Shown here: in pieces, positions 1 to 7,872 of the stretch
Layout: each line of letters begins with the position of its first letter
How positions within the stretch are numbered: position 1 is the first letter of the stretch
Assembly (NCBI GenBank): GCA_001563335.1
Contig: LRSL01000081.1
Span: 1 to 64,000 of the forward strand
Reading direction: 5' to 3'
Origin: Candidatus Thorarchaeota archaeon SMTZ1-45
GTDB taxonomy: Archaea; Asgardarchaeota; Thorarchaeia; Thorarchaeales; Thorarchaeaceae
Length of the DNA stretch: 64,000 nt
Notes under the pieces: generated by a model
Database searches by the model: none
Told to the model about the DNA's origin: nothing
What the model saw: the letters and a program-made list of their open reading frames with translations, nothing else
Translations under genes and position numbers: made by a program

Positions 1-127
1 CAAAGAGGACTGTAACAACGATTGGTGCAATAATCATAAGTCCCAGCGTTCTTTGGTCTCTGCGAATCTGCTTGAAGATCCTTCTTACAATTGTGTTAAT
101 GCGGCGGGAGTCTACACGTTTATTCAT
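1..127 (-). CDS. ABC-2 type transporter permease (5' part only; runs off the window)
   Basis: Manual translation MNKRVDSRRINTIVRRIFKQIRRDQRTLGLMIIAPIVVTVLF; RD-R-L motif typical of ABC-2 permease N-termini; ATGA overlap with the ATPase stop. Confidence 0.85.
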   Translation of the reverse strand, partial: MNKRVDSRRINTIVRRIFKQIRRDQRTLGLMIIAPIVVTVLF

Positions 128-1041
128 TGTTGGCTCCTCCTTACCAAGTGCGTGAACGCCTCTTCGAGACCCGCTTGACGTACAACTATGTTGCTCACCG
201 CTATCTTTGACGTGACTATTGTTTCGAATGTTTTGAGGAGATCATCGTCACTAGCTGCTGTCACTGTGAACCGTTTGCCCTTTACTTCGGTTGGAGCAAT
301 ACTTCTCAAAACATTCGTAAGCTGTAGGGACTCATCAGGTTCTATAATGCCTGAAATAGTGCTCTCAAGTGGCAGTGAGCTGATAATCTCTTCTGGCGTA
401 CCATGCGCTAGAATTTTGCCCTGAAAAATCATTGCAATGGCATCACACCTCGACGCTTCATCAAGATAGTGCGTCGTCATGATGATAGTCTTTCCCTCAC
501 GGGATAGTTTGTGAAAGTAATCCCAGAACTCCACTCGCAGTTCTGGGCTGACGCCTACAGTAGGTTCATCGAGGAAGATTATGTCTGGATTGTGTACAAT
601 TGCACAAGCAAGACTCAGTCGCTGAATTGTTCCCCCACTCAAAACCTCAACAGGACGATTAAGGGAGTCAACAATCTGAGTCAGCTTTGCAGCGTGTGCT
701 ATTAGCTCTTCCTGAACTCGAGGATCATTGATACCATAGCTCTGCGCAAAGAACTCGAGATTCTCTCTTGCTGTGAGATCAGGGTAAAGCGCTTTCTGCT
801 GAGTCATATAACCCATATGTGAACGCTCCTCAGGTGTAAGGAGGTATGATGGCTTTTCCTCAACAAAACAGGTTCCACTCGTTGGCAAGAGAATGCCCAC
901 CATCATACGCACCAGTGTGGTCTTCCCTGCACCATTAGGACCTATCATACCAAGAATTGTGCCTTTTGGAACTTCAAGTGTGACATGGTCTACAGCTATG
1001 ACCTCACCAAATTCTTTGTACACGTCTTCTACCCGAATCAT
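124..1041 (-). CDS. ABC transporter ATP-binding protein (DrrA/multidrug type)
   Basis: Walker A GPNGAGKT, signature LSGG, Walker B IFLDEP, TTH; likely start MIRVED at 1041 (ORF extends to 1071). Confidence 0.92.
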   Translation of the reverse strand: MIRVEDVYKEFGEVIAVDHVTLEVPKGTILGMIGPNGAGKTTLVRMMVGILLPTSGTCFVEEKPSYLLTPEERSHMGYMTQQKALYPDLTARENLEFFAQSYGINDPRVQEELIAHAAKLTQIVDSLNRPVEVLSGGTIQRLSLACAIVHNPDIIFLDEPTVGVSPELRVEFWDYFHKLSREGKTIIMTTHYLDEASRCDAIAMIFQGKILAHGTPEEIISSLPLESTISGIIEPDESLQLTNVLRSIAPTEVKGKRFTVTAASDDDLLKTFETIVTSKIAVSNIVVRQAGLEEAFTHLVRRSQQ

Positions 1042-1181
1042 GTCTTCAATCTCCTTGTGGCCTCTCAGCACTGATAATTCAAAGGCTTGCTCATATGCAT
1101 TACGACAATTAGATATTGGAGGTGGTCCATCCTAGCAAGAAAATTCAGATATGTTTCTTTGGTGGCTATCAGTTAGTTAAA

Positions 1182-2303
1182 CTATACAGTTTGTAACAGA
1201 ATTGGTGGTGCAAAATTCCGAAGTCGTTTCAAAGCCAAGACCTTATCTTGTCTTCCCAATTTCGAATCACATAGGGTTTGTTCCATAAACTGAATGGCTT
1301 TATCATACTCCTTTCGTGGCACCGGAAATGGTACTCCATCCTTCCCGCCAAAGGCAAAACACATTCTCACAGGATCCGCCCAAGAAGCTGGTGTACCAAA
1401 TATCATCTCTGATATCAATGAAAGACCCTTTATGGTGGCTGGACCTATTCCATTCATGAACAAAAGGTCTTCATAGTCAGAGGGTTGAGTTTCATAGGCA
1501 CTTCGCACTGCATCCCAGTCCATTCTTGTTGGCACGACCTTATACGATGGTAACTCTTGAGGCGGATCATCCCCCTCTATCCAAGGGATGAGTGTGGATT
1601 GCCCATATGATTTGACATTCTCGAAATATCTCCTGACGCGTGCAGGGTCCTCCTTTATTATATCCACACTGACTTTTCTACAACTTACAGAGTTTTTTGA
1701 AGTCATATCAAGAGCTTCATCTCTAACTTGACCTGAAATCAATCCTGAGTGAGGTTCATCTATCAAACTTTCAGCTGTAAAAGAAGACCAGTGATATCGT
1801 CTTGCATCAGTGCTCTCATAGTCCATTCCCTGTTGAACTACAGTCCAGTTCTCTTCAGAGTCTACAAAAAACACATGCTGATAGAGATGGTATCCGTCTT
1901 GAACAGCTGCATTATCTACTTTTGCTACTGACCTGCTAATATCAACTAGTCCTGCACCGTCGAGACCATAATCCTCTAGTGCTCTGAGCTGAAGAGGAAC
2001 CTTTCTGGAAGCTATTCCTTTTCCTCCAACTCCCAACATTCCATGTCTTTCAAAGTCAAGTGCAGTCTTAAGCACTCCACAAGTGACTGTTGTAGATCCA
2101 GAGCTATCCCAGTCATAACCAAGAACATTGGAGAGTGCTTGGAACCACACGGGGTCAGCGAGTCGTTGCAATAGTTCAGCTGTTCCGAACTCCTCTACAA
2201 TGAACTGGCATAGTGCACGAGCCATTGGTATCATCCGCTTCACTAGCCAATGCGGTGCTTTGCCAGGATGCAGCTTCAGGTCTGCAACGCCACCTCTCTT
2301 CAT
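1182..2303 (-). CDS. DUF763 domain protein
   Basis: LHPGKAPHWL, DWDSSGSTT, WTVVQQGM, FAFGGKDGVPFPV motifs; HhH-like GIGPATI; probable start MKRGG. Confidence 0.9.
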   Translation of the reverse strand: MKRGGVADLKLHPGKAPHWLVKRMIPMARALCQFIVEEFGTAELLQRLADPVWFQALSNVLGYDWDSSGSTTVTCGVLKTALDFERHGMLGVGGKGIASRKVPLQLRALEDYGLDGAGLVDISRSVAKVDNAAVQDGYHLYQHVFFVDSEENWTVVQQGMDYESTDARRYHWSSFTAESLIDEPHSGLISGQVRDEALDMTSKNSVSCRKVSVDIIKEDPARVRRYFENVKSYGQSTLIPWIEGDDPPQELPSYKVVPTRMDWDAVRSAYETQPSDYEDLLFMNGIGPATIKGLSLISEMIFGTPASWADPVRMCFAFGGKDGVPFPVPRKEYDKAIQFMEQTLCDSKLGRQDKVLALKRLRNFAPPILLQTV

Positions 2304-2358
2304 TGCGACAACTCCAATGTAGAGTTCCCTTCTAGCATAGATAAGGACCACAGATTTT

Positions 2359-2706
2359 CTACAATCCTGCTCGTATCTTCTCTAGCAATTCTCTTGGTTT
2401 ATCTCCAGCATGAGCAAGCCAGCTCTCCAGGATGTCGCAACCATATTCCTCGCAGTGAGCACATGTTTTTACGCCACGTTCACTAGCACATGATCTGACA
2501 CCGCAAGCATCACAGAATTTGAATTTTGGTTCACCCTCAACCTTACATCCAACACAATTGATGTCCTTCGCAGTCAACGGATAATCTGGACTTCCCCACT
2601 CTACAGCTTGTTTCTTTCGTAGCTCATTATCATCTGTCATCCATGCGATATGAGCTGGACATGTTGAACACTCAAGCCCACAATATGCAATCATGCTCTC
2701 GGCCAT
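2359..2706 (-). CDS. DUF3795 Cys-rich protein
   Basis: AYCGLECSTCPA, CVGC, C..C.VRSC, CAHCEEYGC. Confidence 0.88.
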   Translation of the reverse strand: MAESMIAYCGLECSTCPAHIAWMTDDNELRKKQAVEWGSPDYPLTAKDINCVGCKVEGEPKFKFCDACGVRSCASERGVKTCAHCEEYGCDILESWLAHAGDKPRELLEKIRAGL

Positions 2707-2872
2707 ATTGAATTAAAGATACATCATTAAATAAAAGCTCAATAGATGACCGAAACTAATAGATAAATTTGCTTGTGAAAGTGGTTTTTCCTCAATCCTT
2801 TTATTCATTGTACACTAATCGTTACTGTTGGTTAGGTCCAACGAATTCTTTCGTATCAAAGAGCTGGTACGT

Positions 2873-3412
2873 ATGACTGAGAATACAGAATGGAATAATG
2901 CAATTGAGTACCCGAAATTTCTGAAGAGTGCTAGAGAGAATGTTGAGCTAATGAAAGCGAGGTATAATGATCTTCAGATAACTGAACAAGATCTAGAAAA
3001 CCTTCGTAGTCTTCAGAATGAACTTCGAATTCTAGTCATTGGCAATGACAGATGCATTGACACAGCTGGTAATTTACCAATTCTTGCAAAGATGACTGAC
3101 ATCTCGTCTAAATTGAAACTCCGAGTTCTTGATAGTGATGCGTATGCAAAATACCACCAACAATTCAAGGTCAATGGAAAAAGGAAGACTCCAGTCGTTC
3201 TCATTCTCAGTTCCGAAGACAAAGAGTTGTGTCGTTGGGTTGAACGACCCAATGCTGCGTACAAACTCATTAATGAAGCGACAAATCCCTCTTTGGAAGG
3301 TCGGAGAACCGAGTTGAAAAAGCTCTATAGTGATACCGAAATCCAACGGCAGAGCGTGAAAGAGTTCATGAACCTGATACTGCGTTCTGATTATATTCTA
3401 GGAAGACGCTGA
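2873..3412 (+). CDS. Thioredoxin-like protein (Thioredoxin_9 type, single Cys)
   Basis: RCIDT aligns to WCGD-type motif, NLPIL, NGKRKTP, WVERP. Confidence 0.75.
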   Translation: MTENTEWNNAIEYPKFLKSARENVELMKARYNDLQITEQDLENLRSLQNELRILVIGNDRCIDTAGNLPILAKMTDISSKLKLRVLDSDAYAKYHQQFKVNGKRKTPVVLILSSEDKELCRWVERPNAAYKLINEATNPSLEGRRTELKKLYSDTEIQRQSVKEFMNLILRSDYILGRR

Positions 3413-3414
3413 AC

Positions 3415-4071
3415 ATGGCACATAACCATGGGAAGGCTGACTGGACTGACGATGAACGCGTTCAACGAATGGCTAATTCATACAAAGTGAGATATGATGA
3501 CAGGTTCTGGAAAGCATTTTCAAGTCTCACAAATCGAGATTCACAACCTGTTGTTGCAGATTTTGGATGCGGTCCGGGGCTACTACTTGCTGATATAGCA
3601 AACCGATTCAAAGCTCACACAGCAATAGCTCTTGATGAAAGTGAGCAAATGCTTGCATTGGCTGAAAAGAACCTCAGAGAACTTACCAAACTAGAATCCA
3701 TAGATATTCAACATGTGAATTTTGATACTGATGAGATACAAATGGAGAAAAACAGTATTGATTTTGCTTTTTCCGGATTCATGTTGCATGAAGTAGCAAA
3801 TCCATTGGATTTTGTAACCAATGTAAAAAGAGTGATTAAATCGAATGGGATTTTTGTGGTCTATGATTTTGTATCCGGAAATGAAGAGATGTTCGTAAAG
3901 ACCGTTGCTAGGCAAGGCATGAGCGAAGAAGACGCACGAAAGCGATATCCACATATGTGTAAGCATTCAGCTGACGATATTGTAGAGAAACTAGAAACCT
4001 CAGGGTTCTCAGACTGTCGTTTAATCACAATTGATGCGGTTCGCGCAGTTGTAGTAGGACTAAAGAGGTAA
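3415..4071 (+). CDS. Class I SAM-dependent methyltransferase
   Basis: VADFGCGPG motif I; SIDFAFSGFMLHEV. Confidence 0.9.
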   Translation: MAHNHGKADWTDDERVQRMANSYKVRYDDRFWKAFSSLTNRDSQPVVADFGCGPGLLLADIANRFKAHTAIALDESEQMLALAEKNLRELTKLESIDIQHVNFDTDEIQMEKNSIDFAFSGFMLHEVANPLDFVTNVKRVIKSNGIFVVYDFVSGNEEMFVKTVARQGMSEEDARKRYPHMCKHSADDIVEKLETSGFSDCRLITIDAVRAVVVGLKR

Positions 4072-4110
4072 GCAGACATACAATCGTCTGAGTTTAGAGA
4101 GTCGAAAATC

Positions 4111-4314
4111 ATGGTTTCCCCTCATCGAAAATCATCCCCTTGGGCGTATGATAGTTCAGAATTAATCTGTCCAAAGTGTGGGAGTAATCGTATAGTGCGA
4201 ATACTTGACTCTTGGTCACGTTCCAGCGGAGTCGAGATGTTCAAGTGCACAATATGTGGAAAGAAATTCTATGACCGGGGATACGATGATTATGGTCCAA
4301 CATTTATAAAATAG
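4111..4314 (+). CDS. Small zinc-ribbon protein
   Basis: CPKC...CTIC; lies directly upstream of priL on the same strand. Confidence 0.65.
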   Translation: MVSPHRKSSPWAYDSSELICPKCGSNRIVRILDSWSRSSGVEMFKCTICGKKFYDRGYDDYGPTFIK

Positions 4315-4335
4315 GCAAAGCATGGAGCGAGGAAA

Positions 4336-5472
4336 GTGTCTGTACGATTACAGCAATCGAAATACCCTTTCTCAGCTCAAGCCAGGCAAGCCTCGCAAAA
4401 ACTTGCTCGAGATTTGGGAGTCCTTGTTGATCTGCTTGAAGAGCCAGATAACTACTATATTGTTGAAGAAGCTGAGAAACGAGTCTATGCTGCTCTAACA
4501 CAAACTCAAATCAGATATCCCACTATGGAAAATGAAAAAGATGTTCTAATTTACCCCACTGCGCGATTGATTGTTGAAGAACTTGGTCTTCCTCAACTAC
4601 GTGCACTACAAGCTGAGGCTGAGTCAAAAGAGGCTAATAGACAACTGGGCAAAGAAGAAAGTGCCCTTGTCGTAGACCTTGGGGAATCATCCTTCAATTG
4701 GAGAATCGAGTCAATGGGCGACATAAATGAACGGTCCAAGCTCCCTCTGATGCTTCGTACCTTCGAGCTCAAGATGCGCTTTGAGAATTACCTCGAAGTA
4801 GCTCCAAGTTTTCATAGTGATGAATGGAATCTCATTAATCGTTACATGGACAAGGGATGGATTCCGATTAGACGGTCTGAATTGGACCGGCTCATTTCTG
4901 GGAAGTTCAAGCAACTCATAATGGACGGTCGTTTTGATATACCAAAAATGTCCCGTAGATTGATTGAAGCAGTTCAACGTATTGAGGATAAGACAAAGGG
5001 AAGAATACGAAAACGTGAACCTGTAAAAATAACAGAAACCCTCACATCAGCATTCCCCCCTTGCATCCAGAAAATGTATGATGACTCCATAAGAGGAGAT
5101 GTCAACCTTTCACATGATGCACGATTTGCTCTTGCTGCATTCCTTCTCAGGATAGGGATGGAAAAGAACGAGGTACAAAAAGTGTTCAGCAGCTCCCCTG
5201 ATAAGAACATAAGTCTCATTGAGTATCAAGTTCGACACATTGCATCCAAGAGGTCCTCGGGCGTTGATGTTGAAGGTTATATTCCCCCTGGATGCAAGAA
5301 GCTTCAGGTGAACAATCTTTGTCCAGTCTATCTCGGAGCAGTTTTTGACCCATTATGTGAGTACATCCTAAACCCTCTTGTTTTCTACCAAACACGCGCT
5401 TGGGAGATATCAAAGGATATTCAGGACCATTCCTGGTATGAAAGAAAAAGAAACAAAAAGCAGAACTTCTAA
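4336..5472 (+). CDS. priL: DNA primase large subunit
   Basis: KYPF, W.LINR.MDKGW, FPPCI, LSHDARF, YQVRHI, Y.PPGC and further Cys forming the Fe-S domain. Confidence 0.92.
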   Translation: MSVRLQQSKYPFSAQARQASQKLARDLGVLVDLLEEPDNYYIVEEAEKRVYAALTQTQIRYPTMENEKDVLIYPTARLIVEELGLPQLRALQAEAESKEANRQLGKEESALVVDLGESSFNWRIESMGDINERSKLPLMLRTFELKMRFENYLEVAPSFHSDEWNLINRYMDKGWIPIRRSELDRLISGKFKQLIMDGRFDIPKMSRRLIEAVQRIEDKTKGRIRKREPVKITETLTSAFPPCIQKMYDDSIRGDVNLSHDARFALAAFLLRIGMEKNEVQKVFSSSPDKNISLIEYQVRHIASKRSSGVDVEGYIPPGCKKLQVNNLCPVYLGAVFDPLCEYILNPLVFYQTRAWEISKDIQDHSWYERKRNKKQNF

Positions 5473-6308
5473 ACTGAGCATCTCATGTAATGATAGAGGT
5501 GCTGCTGTGCATATCCTGCATATTTTCCAAAGTATTTTCTTGCCGCTTCAGACTTCTTCGAATAAGAATTTCCAGTGTCTTTGAAGATTCCATAGTGTTC
5601 CTGAATCACTCTTTCAATCCAGACATCAATTGGAAAGGCCTCAAGAAACCCGAGTGAGAAAAGTGCAACACAATCTGCAACCTTATCCCCAACGCCATGT
5701 AGATTCTTTAGATGTTTTCGAGCTTCGAGATACTCCATTGATCTGAGTTCCATCTCGGTCACTTCACCAGATACAATAGCTTGGGTTGACTTGACAATGA
5801 ACTCAGACCTCCATGCTAGTCCTAATGACCTTAATTCATCCACTGATGCCTTAGACAACTGTGCTGGGGTTGGCATTCCGTAGTAGATCTTTCCCATGAA
5901 CTCATATGTTGGACCCCATCTCTTCCTGATAGCATTGGTCATGCTCCTGATTGCAGGAACATTCTTCCACACTGAACAGAGAAATGAAACAAGACAGGGA
6001 AAGAAAGGATCATTGATTATACGTAATCCTGGTGCTAAGTCTATACTTTTCTTCATGACTCCATCTCTAGTAATTTCTTCATGAATTTGTTCCAAAGGGT
6101 CATCCAGTCTGAGCAATTTTGAGAGATTCACCGCGCTCTCTGATGAGTCATAGAGAAGCATGTCCCCCTGCTGTTCCACATATACTACCTGCCCAATGTC
6201 AGCATTAATGTATCCATTGTCCTCTTTGAGCCAACAGAACGTCTGTCCACATTCCAGTGTGTCTACAAGAGTGAAGTTTTTGATCTTTAGACTTCTCATC
6301 AGGACCAC
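5469..6308 (-). CDS. ogg: 8-oxoguanine DNA glycosylase (OGG1-like, HhH-GPD)
   Basis: TLECGQTF, HhH GVGDKVADC with catalytic Lys, AFPIDVW with Asp, YAGYAQQ. Confidence 0.9.
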   Translation of the reverse strand: MVLMRSLKIKNFTLVDTLECGQTFCWLKEDNGYINADIGQVVYVEQQGDMLLYDSSESAVNLSKLLRLDDPLEQIHEEITRDGVMKKSIDLAPGLRIINDPFFPCLVSFLCSVWKNVPAIRSMTNAIRKRWGPTYEFMGKIYYGMPTPAQLSKASVDELRSLGLAWRSEFIVKSTQAIVSGEVTEMELRSMEYLEARKHLKNLHGVGDKVADCVALFSLGFLEAFPIDVWIERVIQEHYGIFKDTGNSYSKKSEAARKYFGKYAGYAQQHLYHYMRCSV

Positions 6309-6394
6309 CCACGCCAGAGTCGAAATGAGTATTGTGTTTGGACAATAATTGTCAAATGAGCAATACTAAAATGAAACTTCCAAGATTGTTCTAA

Positions 6395-6463
6395 TGCGGC
6401 AGTGATGAACCTCCAATGTGAGATTATGAACATATGATCGACCTAAGGGGTATCTGAGCCGCA
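6395..6463 (+). ncRNA. Box C/D guide sRNA (candidate)
   Basis: 6-bp terminal stem TGCGGC/GCCGCA; C box GTGATGA 6402-6408; putative D' ATGA 6426-6429; degenerate C' ATGATCG 6434-6440; D box CTGA 6454-6457; intergenic. Confidence 0.8.
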
Positions 6464-6467
6464 ACTG

Positions 6468-6962
6468 CTATTCAATATCCATCAGATTCACTGACTTGTT
6501 CTTCACGATATCGACTAGTTCATGTATATTATCTGCACTAATAATTCGAATACCCCCATTAACATCGGACCTTCTAACCGACCAGCTCACTATGGCTTGA
6601 GTATTTACAGGAATATCATTAGGATCTATCTCACTATCCCCAACACACCAGAACTTAGGAATGTCAACCGACTTCATTCCCTCCACAATTAGAAAGTCAT
6701 ACTTTGTCAGTCTCGACAACTCTTCAGAACCAATCCTTTCTCTGAATCTGGTTGTTTTCTTGCTTGGTCCTAGAAACACAACTTCTGAAGCCCCTGCCTG
6801 CATATGTTTCCAGGTATCTGTTCCTCGATTCGGTCCCGCTTTATGCAACGAGCTCTTTATTGTAGCCACTGAGTGTCCACTCATTACCAATGATCTGACG
6901 ATTGCTTCCACTAAGGATGTCTTTCCAGCGCCTGAATATCCCGAAACTGCAAATACTCGCAT
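6468..6962 (-). CDS. mobB: Molybdopterin-guanine dinucleotide biosynthesis protein MobB
   Basis: GYSGAGKT, VATIKSS.H, GTDTWKH..AGA, LIVEGMK. Confidence 0.85.
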   Translation of the reverse strand: MRVFAVSGYSGAGKTSLVEAIVRSLVMSGHSVATIKSSLHKAGPNRGTDTWKHMQAGASEVVFLGPSKKTTRFRERIGSEELSRLTKYDFLIVEGMKSVDIPKFWCVGDSEIDPNDIPVNTQAIVSWSVRRSDVNGGIRIISADNIHELVDIVKNKSVNLMDIE

Positions 6963-7072
6963 CTCTCTTCATTTTAACTACTTCACATAAGGTATTTTCG
7001 TTTTGTTTTTTAGTATCCTGAAATGGCTCAAAAAAGCTGCTCGAAGGATGAGCCTTAAAACGGGGTCGTGTT

Positions 7073-7870
7073 TTGTTCGAGTTGGTGAAATCACCTTTGG
7101 CTAGCGAGAAGCATGTTGCGGTTGAATGTATAGATGTATGGCGCGAGTTCCAGGATGGCCCACGAGTCATCAAGGTCCTACAAGGAACCAATCTTAAAGT
7201 CGATCGAGGCGAATTTGTAGCCGTAGTCGGCGCATCTGGATCTGGAAAGACCACTCTTCTCAATCTAATAGGCGGCCTAGACCAACCGACTTCAGGCACC
7301 ATACTTGTTGATGGTCTTGACATCACCGACCTTGATGATGAAAAGATGTCAGAGGTTAGACGTCACAAGATTGGCGTCTTGTTTCAAGACCAGCATTTGC
7401 TCCCCATTTTTACGGCACTTGAGAATGTTGAGGTGCCAATGCTTCTCGATGATATTCCTGAAAAAGATCGCAGAGACCGAGCTATAAAGCTGCTAGAGAT
7501 GGTTTCAGTTGATCACAGGTCACAGCACATGCCTCACGAACTCTCTGGTGGTATGCGGTCACGAGTCGCTCTTGCGAGAGCTCTTGCGAATGACCCTGCC
7601 ATCCTTCTTTGCGATGAGCCTACTGGTGACTTAGACCACAAGACTGGTGGAGAGGTCATCCAACTAATGAGAGACCTTGCCAAGAAAAAGAATCTTGCAG
7701 TGCTTGCAGCAACTCATGATCCTGAAACCGCTAGAATGGCTGACAAAATTCTCCTCCTGAGAGATGGTGTCTTGGTGGATGAGCTAATTGGTGACTTCTT
7801 CAAGCATAGCAAGGTCGATGTGACCACAAGAAAACACAATCAAGGGACTGGTGATAGAGCCTCTACCTAG
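7073..7870 (+). CDS. ABC transporter ATP-binding protein (LolD/MacB type)
   Basis: GASGSGKT, LSGG, ILLCDEPTGDLD, ATHD. Confidence 0.93.
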   Translation: MFELVKSPLASEKHVAVECIDVWREFQDGPRVIKVLQGTNLKVDRGEFVAVVGASGSGKTTLLNLIGGLDQPTSGTILVDGLDITDLDDEKMSEVRRHKIGVLFQDQHLLPIFTALENVEVPMLLDDIPEKDRRDRAIKLLEMVSVDHRSQHMPHELSGGMRSRVALARALANDPAILLCDEPTGDLDHKTGGEVIQLMRDLAKKKNLAVLAATHDPETARMADKILLLRDGVLVDELIGDFFKHSKVDVTTRKHNQGTGDRAST

Positions 7871-7872
7871 GA

